Of a DNA stretch of 64,000 nt, positions 21,108 to 31,917 are shown one piece after another. The stretch is taken from assembly GCA_965263235.1 (NCBI GenBank), contig OZ253667.1, positions 1,026,189 through 1,090,188 on the forward strand, in the 5' to 3' direction. How positions within the stretch are numbered: position 1 is the stretch's first letter; each line of letters opens with the position of its first letter. The notes below the pieces were generated by a model. That model was not told where the DNA came from. It did not search any database and was given only the letters and a program-made list of their open reading frames with translations. The position numbers and the translations under genes are program-made. Origin of the DNA: Pseudomonadales bacterium (GTDB lineage Bacteria; Pseudomonadota; Gammaproteobacteria; Pseudomonadales; UBA7434).

Positions 21108-21962
21108 TTACTGATTCTCAGTTGTGATGTGAGAACTTCCCTTTCGTTTGATCATGATTAGGCTAGAGCACGCGGATAAGAACAACCAAGCAGCACCGGG
21201 TATTGGTATTACGGCTGCGCCTTGAAAGCCTTGCACAGTTAATATGTTGTTGCTCAAAGATATGTGATGGTTGTATGAAGCAGTTACAAACACTAAGCAC
21301 TCGTCTACGCTCTCGTAAAAAGTTGCACCCTCACCTTCTGTGCACCACAACTCATCAACGACCGAAGGTGTAAACACGGTTTGTTCATTCTGCGCTGTGC
21401 TTACGCCAGTCGTTTGGTATTGATGAAAGTGCCTGGTATTTGGTCGTGATCCCAGTAGGTCACTAAAGCTGTTCAGGAATCCATTTCCAAGGCCAAAAAC
21501 AATCGGCGCTCTGTTATCCAGGTCTCCAAAGGTTCCTTCTCCATTCCAGCCAAAAGATGCATTTGCAATAGTGGCAGCGGTATTAAAGGTTGCAAACTGT
21601 AGCTGGCTGTTAGTCCTCAATGGTTCAGGAACGGTCTGTGCGTAAACAAGTCCTGCACCAGGGTCGACATATGCGTATTCGTCATAATTATATACTGTGG
21701 TAGCGTATGGCGTTGTGCGTCCAAGTATCATGAATGATTCAATCGATCCACCCAATGCTGAAAACGCAGCACTAATGTCCAGGCTGAAGCCAGTCCCCGT
21801 TACGAAATCATCAGCGCTTACACCAGTGTCATAAAGAAAAGATCCCATACCGAAGGTGTTGAAACCTACGACCATATTATCACCAGGCTGGAAAGGGATA
21901 GCTTGTGTATTTGAAGCTAACAGTATTGAGCTTGCTAGAGTGGTAAATGTTTTTTTAAGCAT
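21108..21962 (-). CDS. Exported protein with a VPLPA/PEP-CTERM-like C-terminal sorting signal (paralog of 8751-9467)
   Basis: The signal peptide is MLKKTFTTLASSILLASNTQA/IP. The C-terminus is VIPIPGAAWLFLSACSSLIMIKRKG. The N-terminal two thirds align by eye with 8751-9467. The start was set at the second ATG, which lies behind a GGAG. Confidence 0.8.
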   Translation of the reverse strand: MLKKTFTTLASSILLASNTQAIPFQPGDNMVVGFNTFGMGSFLYDTGVSADDFVTGTGFSLDISAAFSALGGSIESFMILGRTTPYATTVYNYDEYAYVDPGAGLVYAQTVPEPLRTNSQLQFATFNTAATIANASFGWNGEGTFGDLDNRAPIVFGLGNGFLNSFSDLLGSRPNTRHFHQYQTTGVSTAQNEQTVFTPSVVDELWCTEGEGATFYESVDECLVFVTASYNHHISLSNNILTVQGFQGAAVIPIPGAAWLFLSACSSLIMIKRKGSSHITTENQ

Positions 21963-22060
21963 CCGATTTGCTCCAGCAAACATGTTTTGTGTTTAGTATT
22001 ATTTTTATCGCTCGGGCTTAACCGCCCACCGATACTCCATATTACTCGAAGTTTATTGCA

Positions 22061-22091
22061 AAAAAAAGCGACTTAGATAAGTCGCTTTTTA
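22061..22091 (-). terminator. Intrinsic terminator downstream of nrdB (A-run/T-run flanked, potentially bidirectional)
   Basis: aaaaaaAGCGACTTAgaTAAGTCGCTtttt is a perfect 9-bp inverted repeat. Confidence 0.8.
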
Positions 22092-22118
22092 GGGGTTGTT
22101 TTAAGCTTGTCGAAAGTA

Positions 22119-23510
22119 TCAATCCCAACTCAACGCGCCACCTGTTTGATACTCAATTACCCGTGTCTCAAAGAAGTTTTTCTCTTTGCGTAAGTCCATG
22201 ATTTCACTCATCCATGGGAAGGGATTTTGTGCACTTGGATATTGCTCGGGCAGGCCGAGTTGGGCGAGGCGACGGTTGGCGATAAAGTGTAGGTATTCTT
22301 CCATCATACTGGCGTTCATACCGAGTACTCCGCGCGGCATGGTGTCACGCGCGTATTCGATTTCGATTTCGGTGCCTTCCAGAATCATTTGAATCACTTC
22401 TTGCTGGAATTGTTCAGTCCATAGATGTGGGTTTTCCAGGCGAATCTGGTTGATTACATCGATACCAAAGTTCAGGTGCATGGACTCGTCACGCAGAATA
22501 TATTGGAACTGCTCGGCGACGCCGGTCATTTTATTTCGACGACCCATCGACAAAATTTGTGTAAATCCGCAGTAGAAGAAAATGCCTTCGGTGACGGCAT
22601 AAAAGCCCACAAGGTTGCGTAGTAATTCCTGGTCGGCTTCCGGGGTTCCTGTTCTAAAGCTTGGATCGCTGAGCGAGTGAGTATGGCTTAGCGACCATGC
22701 TGCCTTTTTCGCGATAGAAGGAATTTCGCGGTACATATTAAAGACTTCGCCTTCATCCATTCCTAACGATTCTATGCAGTACTGATAGGCATGTGTGTGA
22801 ATGGCTTCTTCAAAAGCCTGGCGAAGAATATACTGGCGGCATTCTGGGTTGGTGATAAGACGATAGATGGCCAGTACCAGGTTGTTGGCAACTAACGAGT
22901 CTGCTGTGGAGAAGTAGCCCAGTGAGCGCATAACGATTAAGCGCTCGTCTTCACTGAGAGCGCCTTCGCCTTCTTTTTTCCATAACGCGATATCCGCGTT
23001 CATATTGATCTCTTGCGGCATCCAGTGGTTGGCGCAGCCGTCGAGATATTTTTGCCAGGCCCAGTCGTATTTAAATGGAACCAGCTGGTTAAGATCAGCG
23101 CGACAGTTGATCATGCGTTTTTGATCAACTTCGATTCGCTGCGCGCCCATTTCCAGCTCTTCCAGGCCCGGGGCGATGTCGATGTTCGCGACCGCAGCGG
23201 CGGCGGCTGAAACATTACTCTCTGCGGAGGGCGGGGTATTAGCTTCCGGTGGTACTACATTGGTTTTTTCAACACTGGTCTCTGCGCTTAATGGAGCCCC
23301 TGTTTTTGGGGTAGGCGCTGCAGCTTGTTCGATCGCTTTTTCAGTGCCCAGATTTTCAAGTATTGCTGCAGGCTCTGATGTGCTTTCTGCCAACGTTTCG
23401 GCGGCAGCGGCAACCACCTCTGGCGCAGCTTTTTCAAGGTTCTGTGGTGCAGGGCTGCTTTTGTGAGGGGCTAACGCGGCTTCTTCGTTGTAATCATCCC
23501 AGCTTATCAT
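22119..23510 (-). CDS. nrdB: Ribonucleotide reductase class Ia beta subunit
   Basis: It has the MISWDDY.. N-terminal extension and the di-iron ligand regions ([15 protein letters not shown]). Confidence 0.95.
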   Translation of the reverse strand: MISWDDYNEEAALAPHKSSPAPQNLEKAAPEVVAAAAETLAESTSEPAAILENLGTEKAIEQAAAPTPKTGAPLSAETSVEKTNVVPPEANTPPSAESNVSAAAAAVANIDIAPGLEELEMGAQRIEVDQKRMINCRADLNQLVPFKYDWAWQKYLDGCANHWMPQEINMNADIALWKKEGEGALSEDERLIVMRSLGYFSTADSLVANNLVLAIYRLITNPECRQYILRQAFEEAIHTHAYQYCIESLGMDEGEVFNMYREIPSIAKKAAWSLSHTHSLSDPSFRTGTPEADQELLRNLVGFYAVTEGIFFYCGFTQILSMGRRNKMTGVAEQFQYILRDESMHLNFGIDVINQIRLENPHLWTEQFQQEVIQMILEGTEIEIEYARDTMPRGVLGMNASMMEEYLHFIANRRLAQLGLPEQYPSAQNPFPWMSEIMDLRKEKNFFETRVIEYQTGGALSWD

Positions 23511-23567
23511 TGGGTGTTTCTCCTGATGCTGTAATTAACTTTAATATTCGGTTTATGGCGAGCCGGC

Positions 23568-26471
23568 CTACTGGCAGGCTTCGCAGTCGGGATCGTCTAA
23601 CGAGCAGGCTTTGGGGACAGGCGCTGGTGCGCTCATCGTGCCGGTAGCTCCAAGCGCCGCTGCACCTGGGTTTTCTGTGCCAGAGCTAACCGCGTTTAAA
23701 GTGCCTGTTGTTACTGTTGATTTCTCTGTACCTGTCGCCGCTAATGAGCGGAGATAGTAAGTGGTTTTTAAGCCGCGGTACCAGGCCATGCGATACGTGA
23801 CGTCTAGCTTCTTGCCACTGGCGTTGTTGATGTAAAGGTTGAGTGATTGCGCCTGGTCAATCCACTTTTGGCGACGGCTGGCGGCATCAACAATCCAGCG
23901 AGGTTCGATTTCGAACGAAGTGGCATAAAGCTGTTTGACGTCGGCAGGAATGCGGTCGATTTGTTGTACGCTTCCATCGAAGTGTTTGAGGTCGTTCACC
24001 ATTACCGAGTCCCACAGGTTTCGCGCTTTAAGCTCACGAACGAGGTAGGGATTAATAACCGTGAATTCGCCCGACAGATTCGATTTTACGTAAAGGTTTT
24101 GGTAAGTTGGCTCTATTGACTGCGAGATCCCTGTGATATTCGCAATAGTCGCTGTAGGCGCAATAGCCATTACGTTAGAGTTACGCATGCCCTGTTTTTG
24201 CACGGTAGTACGTAGCCCGTCCCAGTCAAGAGTCTGGCTTAAGTCGACTTCGATAAAATCCTTACCACGTGATTCGACCAGCTCTTTGAGTGAGTCGATA
24301 GGCAGGCGCCCCTGACTCCACAATGAGCCGTCAAAGCTGGAGTAGCTTCCGCGCTCAATCGCCAGGTTTGATGATGCCTGAATTGCGTAGTAGCTGATAG
24401 CTTCCATCGAGCGGTCAGCAAACTCTACTGCGTCTTGCGAGCCGTAAGCGATATGTTGCTTGTAAAGCGCATCCTGGAAGCCCATTACTCCCAGCCCAAC
24501 AGGGCGATGGCGCATGTTAGATGTGCGCGCCTGCGGCACCGAGTAGTAGTTGATGTCGATAACATTATCGAGCATACGCACAGCGGTTTTCACTGTTTTC
24601 TGGAGTTTTTCCTGTTCCAGGCCATTCTCACCAATATGCTGGGGCAGGTTAATCGAACCAAGGTTACAGACTGCGATTTCTTCTTCTGAAGTGTTTAGCG
24701 TGATCTCTGTGCAAAGGTTGGATGAGTGCACAACGCCAACGTGTTGTTGAGGTGAGCGCAGGTTGCAAGGATCTTTGAAAGTAATCCAGGGATGGCCGGT
24801 TTCGAACAGCATACCGAGCATCTTGCGCCACAGATCCTGCGCTTTCATCCGCTTAAAGACTTTAATTTTGCCTTCGTCAGCCAGACGCTCGTACTCTGCA
24901 TAACGCGCTTCAAAAGCTTGCCCGTAGAGCTCGTGCAAATCAGGCGTTTCGTTAGGTGTAAACAGTGTCCAATCTGCATCTTCGAACACGCGCTTCATAA
25001 ATAGATCTGGCACCCAGTTGGCGGTGTTCATGTCGTGCGTTCGGCGGCGATCATCACCTGTGTTTTTACGTAGTTCTAAAAACTCCTCGATATCGAGATG
25101 CCATGTTTCGAGGTAAGCGCAAACCGCTCCCTTACGTTTGCCGCCCTGGTTGACCGCAACCGCAGTATCGTTAACAACTTTCAGGAACGGTACAACCCCC
25201 TGAGATTTTCCGTTAGTGCCCTTGATATAGGCGCCAAGTGCTCTTACGGGTGTCCAGTCGTTACCAAGACCGCCAGCCCATTTGGAAAGCATGGCGTTGT
25301 CATGAATCGCGTTGTAAATTCCGTCGAGATGGTCCGGAACGGTAGTCAGGTAGCAAGACGATAGCTGTGGACGCAGCGTGCCAGCGTTAAACAGTGTTGG
25401 GGTAGAGCTCATATAGTCAAATGACGAAAGCAGCTGATAAAACTCTATCGCGCGCTCGTTCTTTTTCTCCTCGCGAATCGCAAGTCCCATCGCAACCCGC
25501 ATAAAGAAGACTTGCGGTAGCTCAAGGCGGATGTCGTCTTTATGAATAAAGTAACGGTCATAAAGCGTTTGCAGGCCGAGATAGGTGAACTGTTTGTCGT
25601 TATCCGCAAGCAGTGCGTTGCCCAGCATGTCGAGGTCAAAATCGGCCAGCTCGGGCGAGAGCAGTTCGTATTCGATGCCCAGGCCAATATAAGCTTTAAG
25701 CGCTTGCGGGTAGACCGCCTGCATGTCGGCTTGTGTAGCTGAGCTAATTAGGCCAAGGCGCGGCAGTGTTTCGCTGCGCATAGTGTCTAGCAACAGACGC
25801 GCAGTGACATAGCTGTAGTTCGGGTCTTGCTCAACCTTGGTGCGCGCGGTCATCACCAGCAGGGTGTTGAGTTCTTTGGCAGATACACCGTCGTAAAGAT
25901 TTTTAAACGCTTCGTCCAGGATCGCTTCGGGGTTGACGTCGCTAAGACCATTACAGGCTTCTTTAACGATAAATTGAATGCGCTGCCAGTCTAGCGGGCG
26001 CAGGCTACCGTCTTCGTGTTTCACCGAGATCGCAGAGCGCTCTTCAGCCTCTTCTTGTTCTTTGGCTCGTTCCTGGGCACGTTTCTCGCGATAGAGTACG
26101 TAGGCGCGCGCAACTTTTTGTTCGCCGCTTCGCATCAGCGCCAGTTCGACCTGGTCCTGAATATCTTCGATATGAATGGTTCCACCAGACGGCATACGAC
26201 GCTCAAAAATGGCACCGATCTGGTCGGTGAGCGCAGCGACCGTGCTGTGAACTCGTGTTGAATCGGCTGCGTGCCCACCTTCTACTGCCAGAAAAGCTTT
26301 GGTGATCGCAACGGAGATATTACTCGGGTCGTAGCCAACGACCTTGCCATTACGTTTGATAACCCGTATCTGGCCTGGCGCGATTGCCGGTTGTTCCTGG
26401 TGGTCTGTGGTTGCTGGTGAAGCGGTTGCTGAGGTATAGCTGGGGGATCCGGAAGTGCCTTCAGTGTGCAT
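23568..26471 (-). CDS. nrdA: Ribonucleotide reductase class Ia alpha subunit
   Basis: The ORF is 967 aa with an ATP-cone region (VIKRNGKVV), active-site blocks (NLCTEI, CNLGSINL) and a C-terminal Cys pair. Confidence 0.95.
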   Translation of the reverse strand: MHTEGTSGSPSYTSATASPATTDHQEQPAIAPGQIRVIKRNGKVVGYDPSNISVAITKAFLAVEGGHAADSTRVHSTVAALTDQIGAIFERRMPSGGTIHIEDIQDQVELALMRSGEQKVARAYVLYREKRAQERAKEQEEAEERSAISVKHEDGSLRPLDWQRIQFIVKEACNGLSDVNPEAILDEAFKNLYDGVSAKELNTLLVMTARTKVEQDPNYSYVTARLLLDTMRSETLPRLGLISSATQADMQAVYPQALKAYIGLGIEYELLSPELADFDLDMLGNALLADNDKQFTYLGLQTLYDRYFIHKDDIRLELPQVFFMRVAMGLAIREEKKNERAIEFYQLLSSFDYMSSTPTLFNAGTLRPQLSSCYLTTVPDHLDGIYNAIHDNAMLSKWAGGLGNDWTPVRALGAYIKGTNGKSQGVVPFLKVVNDTAVAVNQGGKRKGAVCAYLETWHLDIEEFLELRKNTGDDRRRTHDMNTANWVPDLFMKRVFEDADWTLFTPNETPDLHELYGQAFEARYAEYERLADEGKIKVFKRMKAQDLWRKMLGMLFETGHPWITFKDPCNLRSPQQHVGVVHSSNLCTEITLNTSEEEIAVCNLGSINLPQHIGENGLEQEKLQKTVKTAVRMLDNVIDINYYSVPQARTSNMRHRPVGLGVMGFQDALYKQHIAYGSQDAVEFADRSMEAISYYAIQASSNLAIERGSYSSFDGSLWSQGRLPIDSLKELVESRGKDFIEVDLSQTLDWDGLRTTVQKQGMRNSNVMAIAPTATIANITGISQSIEPTYQNLYVKSNLSGEFTVINPYLVRELKARNLWDSVMVNDLKHFDGSVQQIDRIPADVKQLYATSFEIEPRWIVDAASRRQKWIDQAQSLNLYINNASGKKLDVTYRMAWYRGLKTTYYLRSLAATGTEKSTVTTGTLNAVSSGTENPGAAALGATGTMSAPAPVPKACSLDDPDCEACQ

Positions 26472-26721
26472 CTGCGTTTGTCTCTCTGTCAGTTCTCGTG
26501 CGTCGGTAAGTCGTGCGGTATTGTTTTTTTAGTTAGACGGTCTCAGTGTCGCTAACGCTTCGATGTGCTCTGGAAGCTCGGTTTACACCGCGAAATGGAT
26601 ATCCATGCCTGGCTAGAAAAGCTCGCGGTTATGGCATTGGTGTTATCAATCGCTAGTTAGCGTGATTGTGGCGTTATGTTGGAACATTGAGACCGAATGC
26701 GCACCAAAAACAACCACCTAG

Positions 26722-26775
26722 ACACCCTATATCTTGGGGTGGCGCCGATGCACATGCACAAGATAATGCGGTGTG
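26722..26775 (-). promoter_or_regulatory. Possible pair of NrdR-box-like palindromes upstream of nrdA
   Basis: The sequences are acaCCCTATATCTTGGGGtg and gCACAAGATAATGCGGTGTg. The match to the NrdR consensus and the spacing (~34 nt) are imperfect. Confidence 0.25.
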
Positions 26776-26996
26776 ACGAAAGAATCAAGAGGCGAGATTG
26801 ATGTCTTTGTAGCCAACAAACTTATTGGATTTCAAATGGTTGGTGACTACTAGCGTGAAGATATGCGGCCGCATGGGCTTTCAACTTTGTCGCTGACAGA
26901 AGGTAGATGTGTCAGGCATGCGGTGGTAAAAATTAAATATTTTTTAGATTGATTTTCTCAAGCGCGAGAGATCTATTTACTGCCTGGCGTAAACAA

Positions 26997-27887
26997 TCAG
27001 CCGTTGAGCAAAAACTCTAATAATGCTTTTTGCGCGTGTAGCCGGTTTTCGGCTTCGTCCCATACGACACTAATGTTCGAGTCTTCTATCAGCGCGGTCG
27101 ATACTTCGTATTCTCGATAGGCTGGAAGGCAGTGCATAAAGATAGCTTCACTAGTGGCAAGGCTCATCATGTCATGATCAACCATATATCCAGAAAATGC
27201 TTCGACGCGTTGTTGCTTTTCTTCTTCCTGTCCCATTGAAATCCATGTATCGGTAACGACGAGATCGGCGCCTTTTACGGCTTGTTCGGGGGAGCTGCAC
27301 ATTTCGACGCGGTCTTTGTTGGTCTTAACCAGTGCCTCGTTGGGTTCGAAGCCCTGTGGGCAGGCAATAGCAAGTTCGAAATCGAATTGCCTCGCCGCAT
27401 TGATATAGCTGTTACACATATTGTTGCCATCTCCCACCCATGCTACGCGTTTGCCCGTTATCGACCCGCGGTGCTCGAGGTAGGTTTGCATGTCAGCAAG
27501 TAACTGGCAGGGATGGAAGTCGTCGGTCAGCGCGTTAATTACCGGGGCGCTCGAAAACTTTGCGAACGTTTCTATTTTGCTGTGTTCAAAAGTGCGAATC
27601 ATGATGGCATCTGCCATTGAAGAAATAACTCGCGCGCTGTCTTCAATCGGTTCGCCACGTCCTAACTGTGTGTCTCTGGGCGAGAGGAATATGGCGTGGC
27701 CGCCAAGCTGCGCCATGCCGCTTTCAAAAGAAATACGAGTGCGTGTCGACGCTTTTTCAAAAATCATTGCCAGCACTTTACCGTCGAACTGTTTTCCAAG
27801 AGGTTGGGACTTAAGCTCTATTGCCCGTTGCAAAATGCTTTGAAGCTCTGCCGGTGTGCAATCAAGGAGTGAAAGAAAGTGACGCAT
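26997..27887 (-). CDS. argF: Ornithine carbamoyltransferase
   Basis: It has the [13 protein letters not shown] and HCLPA motifs. Confidence 0.9.
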   Translation of the reverse strand: MRHFLSLLDCTPAELQSILQRAIELKSQPLGKQFDGKVLAMIFEKASTRTRISFESGMAQLGGHAIFLSPRDTQLGRGEPIEDSARVISSMADAIMIRTFEHSKIETFAKFSSAPVINALTDDFHPCQLLADMQTYLEHRGSITGKRVAWVGDGNNMCNSYINAARQFDFELAIACPQGFEPNEALVKTNKDRVEMCSSPEQAVKGADLVVTDTWISMGQEEEKQQRVEAFSGYMVDHDMMSLATSEAIFMHCLPAYREYEVSTALIEDSNISVVWDEAENRLHAQKALLEFLLNG

Positions 27888-27906
27888 AATCGTTGCTCTT
27901 ATTCGG

Positions 27907-29136
27907 TTAAGAGGCTGCTAAGAAAGACTGAATGACGGCTGACGTTTTTTCGCAGATTGTGTCGGCTTCTTCGTCGCTAAGGACTAACGGTGGAAGCAAA
28001 CGGACAACGTTGCCAGCTGTTACATTGATAACAATTCCTGCCTCCAGCGCTTTGGCGACAAGTTCCCCGCAAGGGCGGTCGAGTTCAATGCCAATCATCA
28101 GTCCCTTGTGTCGTACATCTTTTATGGCTGGATTGTCGCCCAGCACGGCACTAATTTGCGTGGTGATTTTCTCGCCTAACACTTTTGCTCTGTTGTGGAG
28201 CTGTTGTGTGATGATGGTATTGACGACTTCAAGACCCGCGCGGCAACAAAGAGGGTTTCCGCCAAATGTCGAGCCGTGTTTGCCGGGAACAAAAGTTTCT
28301 GCGATTTCGCGTTTTGCAATGCATGCACCAATTGGCAAGCCATTGCCAAGACCCTTGGCGGTGGTAACGATATCTGGTTGAATTTCTGCGCCTTCTTTCT
28401 GGAACTCTTGAAACGCAAAGTATTCGCCGCAACGGCCATTTCCGCTTTGCACTTCATCGAGGATAACCAGAACGTTGTTGTCCCGCGCCGGGGTTTTGCA
28501 TAGCTTTTGGATAGCGTTAAGAAACTCAGTCCTGGCTATGTTAATCCCACCTTCACCTTGCACGGGCTCCAGAATGACCGCCGCTATGTTTTGATGTTCG
28601 GCAAATGCTTGTTCAAGTGCAGCGATATCGTTATAGGGCAGGTGAAGAAAGCCAGGCAGTATAGGCGCGAAGCCTTCTTTGATTTTATCGCCAGCGGTCG
28701 CAGCGATCATGCCCATTGTTCGTCCGTGAAAGCTGCCCGTAAAGCTAATTACTAGTGGGTCAGCAGCAGTTTTTGCGGCGAAATTTTTATGGTAATAAAG
28801 TCGCGCGAGTTTAATTGCCGCCTCATTGGCTTCTGCACCTGAGTTGGCAAAGAAAACGCCGTCCTGCTCGTCCTCGGTTAGCCTGCTTTGTTCTGCAAGC
28901 GCCGTGGCCAGTTTTTCCTGCCATTCGATATGAAACAGGTTGGACGTATGCAACAGGGTGTCTGCCTGGTCTTGAATAGCCTTAGTAACCGCAGGGTGGT
29001 TGTGCCCAAGGTTGGTAACACTAATGCCACAAAGGGCATCAAGATACTTTTTGCCCTCGGCGTCATACAGCCAGCAGCCATCACCTTTGATAAAGCTAAT
29101 GGCCTGGCGGGCGTAGTTGTTCATCAGGTTATTCAT
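27907..29136 (-). CDS. argD: Acetylornithine (class III) aminotransferase
   Basis: It has the blocks [37 protein letters not shown] and GSTFGGNPL. Confidence 0.8.
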   Translation of the reverse strand: MNNLMNNYARQAISFIKGDGCWLYDAEGKKYLDALCGISVTNLGHNHPAVTKAIQDQADTLLHTSNLFHIEWQEKLATALAEQSRLTEDEQDGVFFANSGAEANEAAIKLARLYYHKNFAAKTAADPLVISFTGSFHGRTMGMIAATAGDKIKEGFAPILPGFLHLPYNDIAALEQAFAEHQNIAAVILEPVQGEGGINIARTEFLNAIQKLCKTPARDNNVLVILDEVQSGNGRCGEYFAFQEFQKEGAEIQPDIVTTAKGLGNGLPIGACIAKREIAETFVPGKHGSTFGGNPLCCRAGLEVVNTIITQQLHNRAKVLGEKITTQISAVLGDNPAIKDVRHKGLMIGIELDRPCGELVAKALEAGIVINVTAGNVVRLLPPLVLSDEEADTICEKTSAVIQSFLAAS

Positions 29137-29162
29137 TCGTTTGTCGCGAAACGTCGAAATAA

Positions 29163-29199
29163 GTTTAAAAATAAAAAAAGGGCAGCAGAACTGCCCTTT
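29163..29199 (-). terminator. Intrinsic terminator on the minus strand immediately upstream of the argD start
   Basis: The minus strand reads AAAGGGCAGttctgCTGCCCTTTTTTTATTTTT. It ends ~29 nt before the argD ATG. Confidence 0.6.
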
Positions 29200-29372
29200 G
29201 ACAAAAGTTTGATTGAAAGGCGAAGACTAGCCCAGAACACCCAGAGGCGCAATACGACCATTGTTTGCGCGCATTATGGCTAGCCAGTTGCGCGCAGGAT
29301 TATTAGAATAAGCCTTGCATTGGGGCATAAGTTTAGCGCCCCAGATTTATTGTCGTCGGAGTGAGTAAGCCC

Positions 29373-29711
29373 ATGGACATCATGGAAACAATTAAGCAGC
29401 AAATTCAGGACAATCCTGTCATTCTTTATATGAAAGGCTCGCCAAACCAGCCACAGTGCGGGTTTTCTGCACGTACGGTAGAGGCTGTTATGGCCTGTGG
29501 CAAACGGTTTGCCTACGTTGACGTGTTAACCAACCCTGACGTTCGTGCTAATTTGCCAACCTACGCCAACTGGCCTACGTTCCCGCAACTTTGGGTGGCG
29601 GGCGAGTTAGTGGGTGGATGCGACATCGTGACCGAAATGTTCGAAAGCGGTGAGTTGCAGCCGATGATTAACGAAGCGGTTCCCGAGGAGCCTGCGAGCG
29701 AGACTGAATAG
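29373..29711 (+). CDS. grxD: Monothiol glutaredoxin (Grx4 family)
   Basis: It contains PVILYMKGSPNQPQCGFS (CGFS active site). The ATG at 29373 follows a GGAGTGAG site. Confidence 0.9.
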   Translation: MDIMETIKQQIQDNPVILYMKGSPNQPQCGFSARTVEAVMACGKRFAYVDVLTNPDVRANLPTYANWPTFPQLWVAGELVGGCDIVTEMFESGELQPMINEAVPEEPASETE

Positions 29712-29875
29712 CACTTTTGTTTTGACAACGGTTGTTGGTTGGGCTTAGCTTAGTCTTTCAATTGCCTGGATGAACAACGGTTTGTTTTTCTTGTAGTAGT
29801 TAGTAGTACCTTCCCAAACTTTTTAATAGTCACGTGGCCTCTCGTAAGGGTCACCACTGAATAGGTTTAAATATT

Positions 29876-31804
29876 ATGTCTTCCCCGATTATTGTCACTC
29901 TGCCCGATGGTTCGCAGAAAAATTTCGACGCCCCCATCACAGTAATGCAGCTAGCCGAGTCAATTGGCCCTGGCCTCGCGAAAGCGACGCTCGGTGGCCG
30001 AGTCAACGGCGAGCGACGTGATGCCTCTGATCTTATCGAGCAAGATGCAGAGGTCAGCCTGTTTACCGCAAGAGATGAAGAAGGGCTCGAAATTATTCGC
30101 CACAGTTGTGCGCATCTTATTGGTCACGCGGTTAAGCAGTTGTGGCCCGACGCAAAAATGGCGATTGGCCCGACTATCGAAAATGGATTTTATTACGACA
30201 TCGACCTTGAGCATAAACTCACAGATGGCGATGTTGAAAAGCTTGAACAGCGCATGAAGGAACTGGCGGCAACCGAATATGAAGTCGTAAAAAAGAAAGT
30301 GTCCTGGCAAGAAGCTCGCGATGTTTTTGCAGAGCGTGACGAGCCGTATAAGGCGGAAATTCTTGATAACGATATTGATCAGTCTGATCAGCCTGGCTTG
30401 TACCATCACGAAGAATACGTTGATATGTGCCGCGGGCCGCACGTGCCGAATATGCGGCATTGCCAGCATTTTAAGTTGATGCGAGTGTCGGGCGCCTATT
30501 GGCGTGGCGACCAGGCTAACAAGCAGTTACAGCGCATATACGGTACGGCGTTTGGCGACAAAAAGGCGTTGAAAAAGCATCTAGCTTTGTTAGAAGAAGC
30601 GGAAAAACGTGATCACCGTAAAATTGGCAAGGCGCTAAATCTATTCCATTTGCAGGAAGAAGCGCCTGGCATGGCGTTTTGGCACGCTAAAGGTTGGGCT
30701 ATTTATACAGTGCTCGAAAAGTACATGCGGGCGAAGCTTAACGAGTATGGCTATGAAGAAGTACGCGCGCCAATGGTGATGGATGTTTCCATGTGGGAGA
30801 AGTCCGGGCACTGGGACAAGTATCACGATAATATTTTCGCGACCGAATCTGAAAAGCGGACTTATGCGGTCAAGCCCATGAACTGCCCCGGACATATTCA
30901 GATTTATAACCAGGGCTTGAAGAGTTACCGTGATCTGCCTTACCGCATGGCCGAGTTTGGCGTGGTACATCGCAATGAGCGTTCAGGTTCCTTGCATGGT
31001 TTGATGCGAGTGCGTTCCTTTACTCAAGATGATGCTCACGTTTTTTGTACCGAAGAGCAAATTCTCGACGAGGTAACGGCTTGTATTCGCATGGTTTACG
31101 ATGTTTATCGCGACTTTGGTTTCGGTGATTCGATTGTCGTAAAACTGTCGACGCGACCAGAACAGCGTATCGGATCAGATGAAGTTTGGGATAAAGCCGA
31201 GCAAGGGCTGGCTGATGCTCTTAAAGCCAATGGATTGAGTTATGACATCCAGGAGGGCGAAGGGGCGTTCTATGGCCCTAAAATAGAATTTACCCTCTTC
31301 GACTGTTTGCAGCGCGCCTGGCAGTGCGGCACCATTCAGCTCGACTTTTCGATGCCGGAGCGACTTGGTGCGCAATACGTCGATGAGAATGGCGAGCGCA
31401 AAGCGCCAGTGATGTTGCACCGCGCCATTCTGGGCTCTTTTGAGCGCTTTATCGGCATACTTATCGAGCATTATGAGGGGCGTTTCCCACTGTGGCTGGC
31501 GCCGATTCAGGCCGTGATTATGAACATTACCGATAATCAGGCCGATTACGCACAATTTGTGGCTAAAACCCTTAAAGATAAGGGCTTTAGGGCCGATTTA
31601 GACTTGAGAAATGAAAAAATCGGCTTTAAAATCCGCGCCCACACTTTAGACCGAGTTCCTTATCTGCTGGTGGTTGGCGACAAGGAGCTTGAGAGCGAGA
31701 CCGTTTCGGTGCGTACCCGTGAAGGTAAAGATATGGGTAGCTTGCCGTTGCAGTCCGTTGTTGAGTTACTGACTGAGGCAGAAAGCAAGCTGTTACAGGG
31801 TTAA
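29876..31804 (+). CDS. thrS: Threonyl-tRNA synthetase
   Basis: The ORF is 642 aa with a TGS N-terminus, class II motifs and [11 protein letters not shown]. Confidence 0.95.
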   Translation: MSSPIIVTLPDGSQKNFDAPITVMQLAESIGPGLAKATLGGRVNGERRDASDLIEQDAEVSLFTARDEEGLEIIRHSCAHLIGHAVKQLWPDAKMAIGPTIENGFYYDIDLEHKLTDGDVEKLEQRMKELAATEYEVVKKKVSWQEARDVFAERDEPYKAEILDNDIDQSDQPGLYHHEEYVDMCRGPHVPNMRHCQHFKLMRVSGAYWRGDQANKQLQRIYGTAFGDKKALKKHLALLEEAEKRDHRKIGKALNLFHLQEEAPGMAFWHAKGWAIYTVLEKYMRAKLNEYGYEEVRAPMVMDVSMWEKSGHWDKYHDNIFATESEKRTYAVKPMNCPGHIQIYNQGLKSYRDLPYRMAEFGVVHRNERSGSLHGLMRVRSFTQDDAHVFCTEEQILDEVTACIRMVYDVYRDFGFGDSIVVKLSTRPEQRIGSDEVWDKAEQGLADALKANGLSYDIQEGEGAFYGPKIEFTLFDCLQRAWQCGTIQLDFSMPERLGAQYVDENGERKAPVMLHRAILGSFERFIGILIEHYEGRFPLWLAPIQAVIMNITDNQADYAQFVAKTLKDKGFRADLDLRNEKIGFKIRAHTLDRVPYLLVVGDKELESETVSVRTREGKDMGSLPLQSVVELLTEAESKLLQG

Positions 31805-31917
31805 TAGCCTAACGTCAGGTGACGCATAGATATAAACTTTTGAGGAAAGCATTATTCTAGACCTACACAGCGCTTTGTGCGCGTTTGCAAAAAGCCAGGG
31901 GGCGAAGGTATAAGTCC

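Noticed and set aside
22119-23510. A ~130-aa Ala/Pro-rich N-terminal extension of NrdB as a possible novelty.
   Set aside because: From memory, Pseudomonas-type class Ia NrdB proteins have a similar MxSWDxx.. low-complexity N-terminal extension, so it is probably lineage-typical rather than unusual.
23847-29283. Numerous 60-150-aa ORFs antisense to or overlapping nrdA, argF and argD (for example 27932-28381 and 28888-29283).
   Set aside because: They lie entirely within well-supported conserved genes on the opposite strand or in another frame. This is typical of shadow ORFs.
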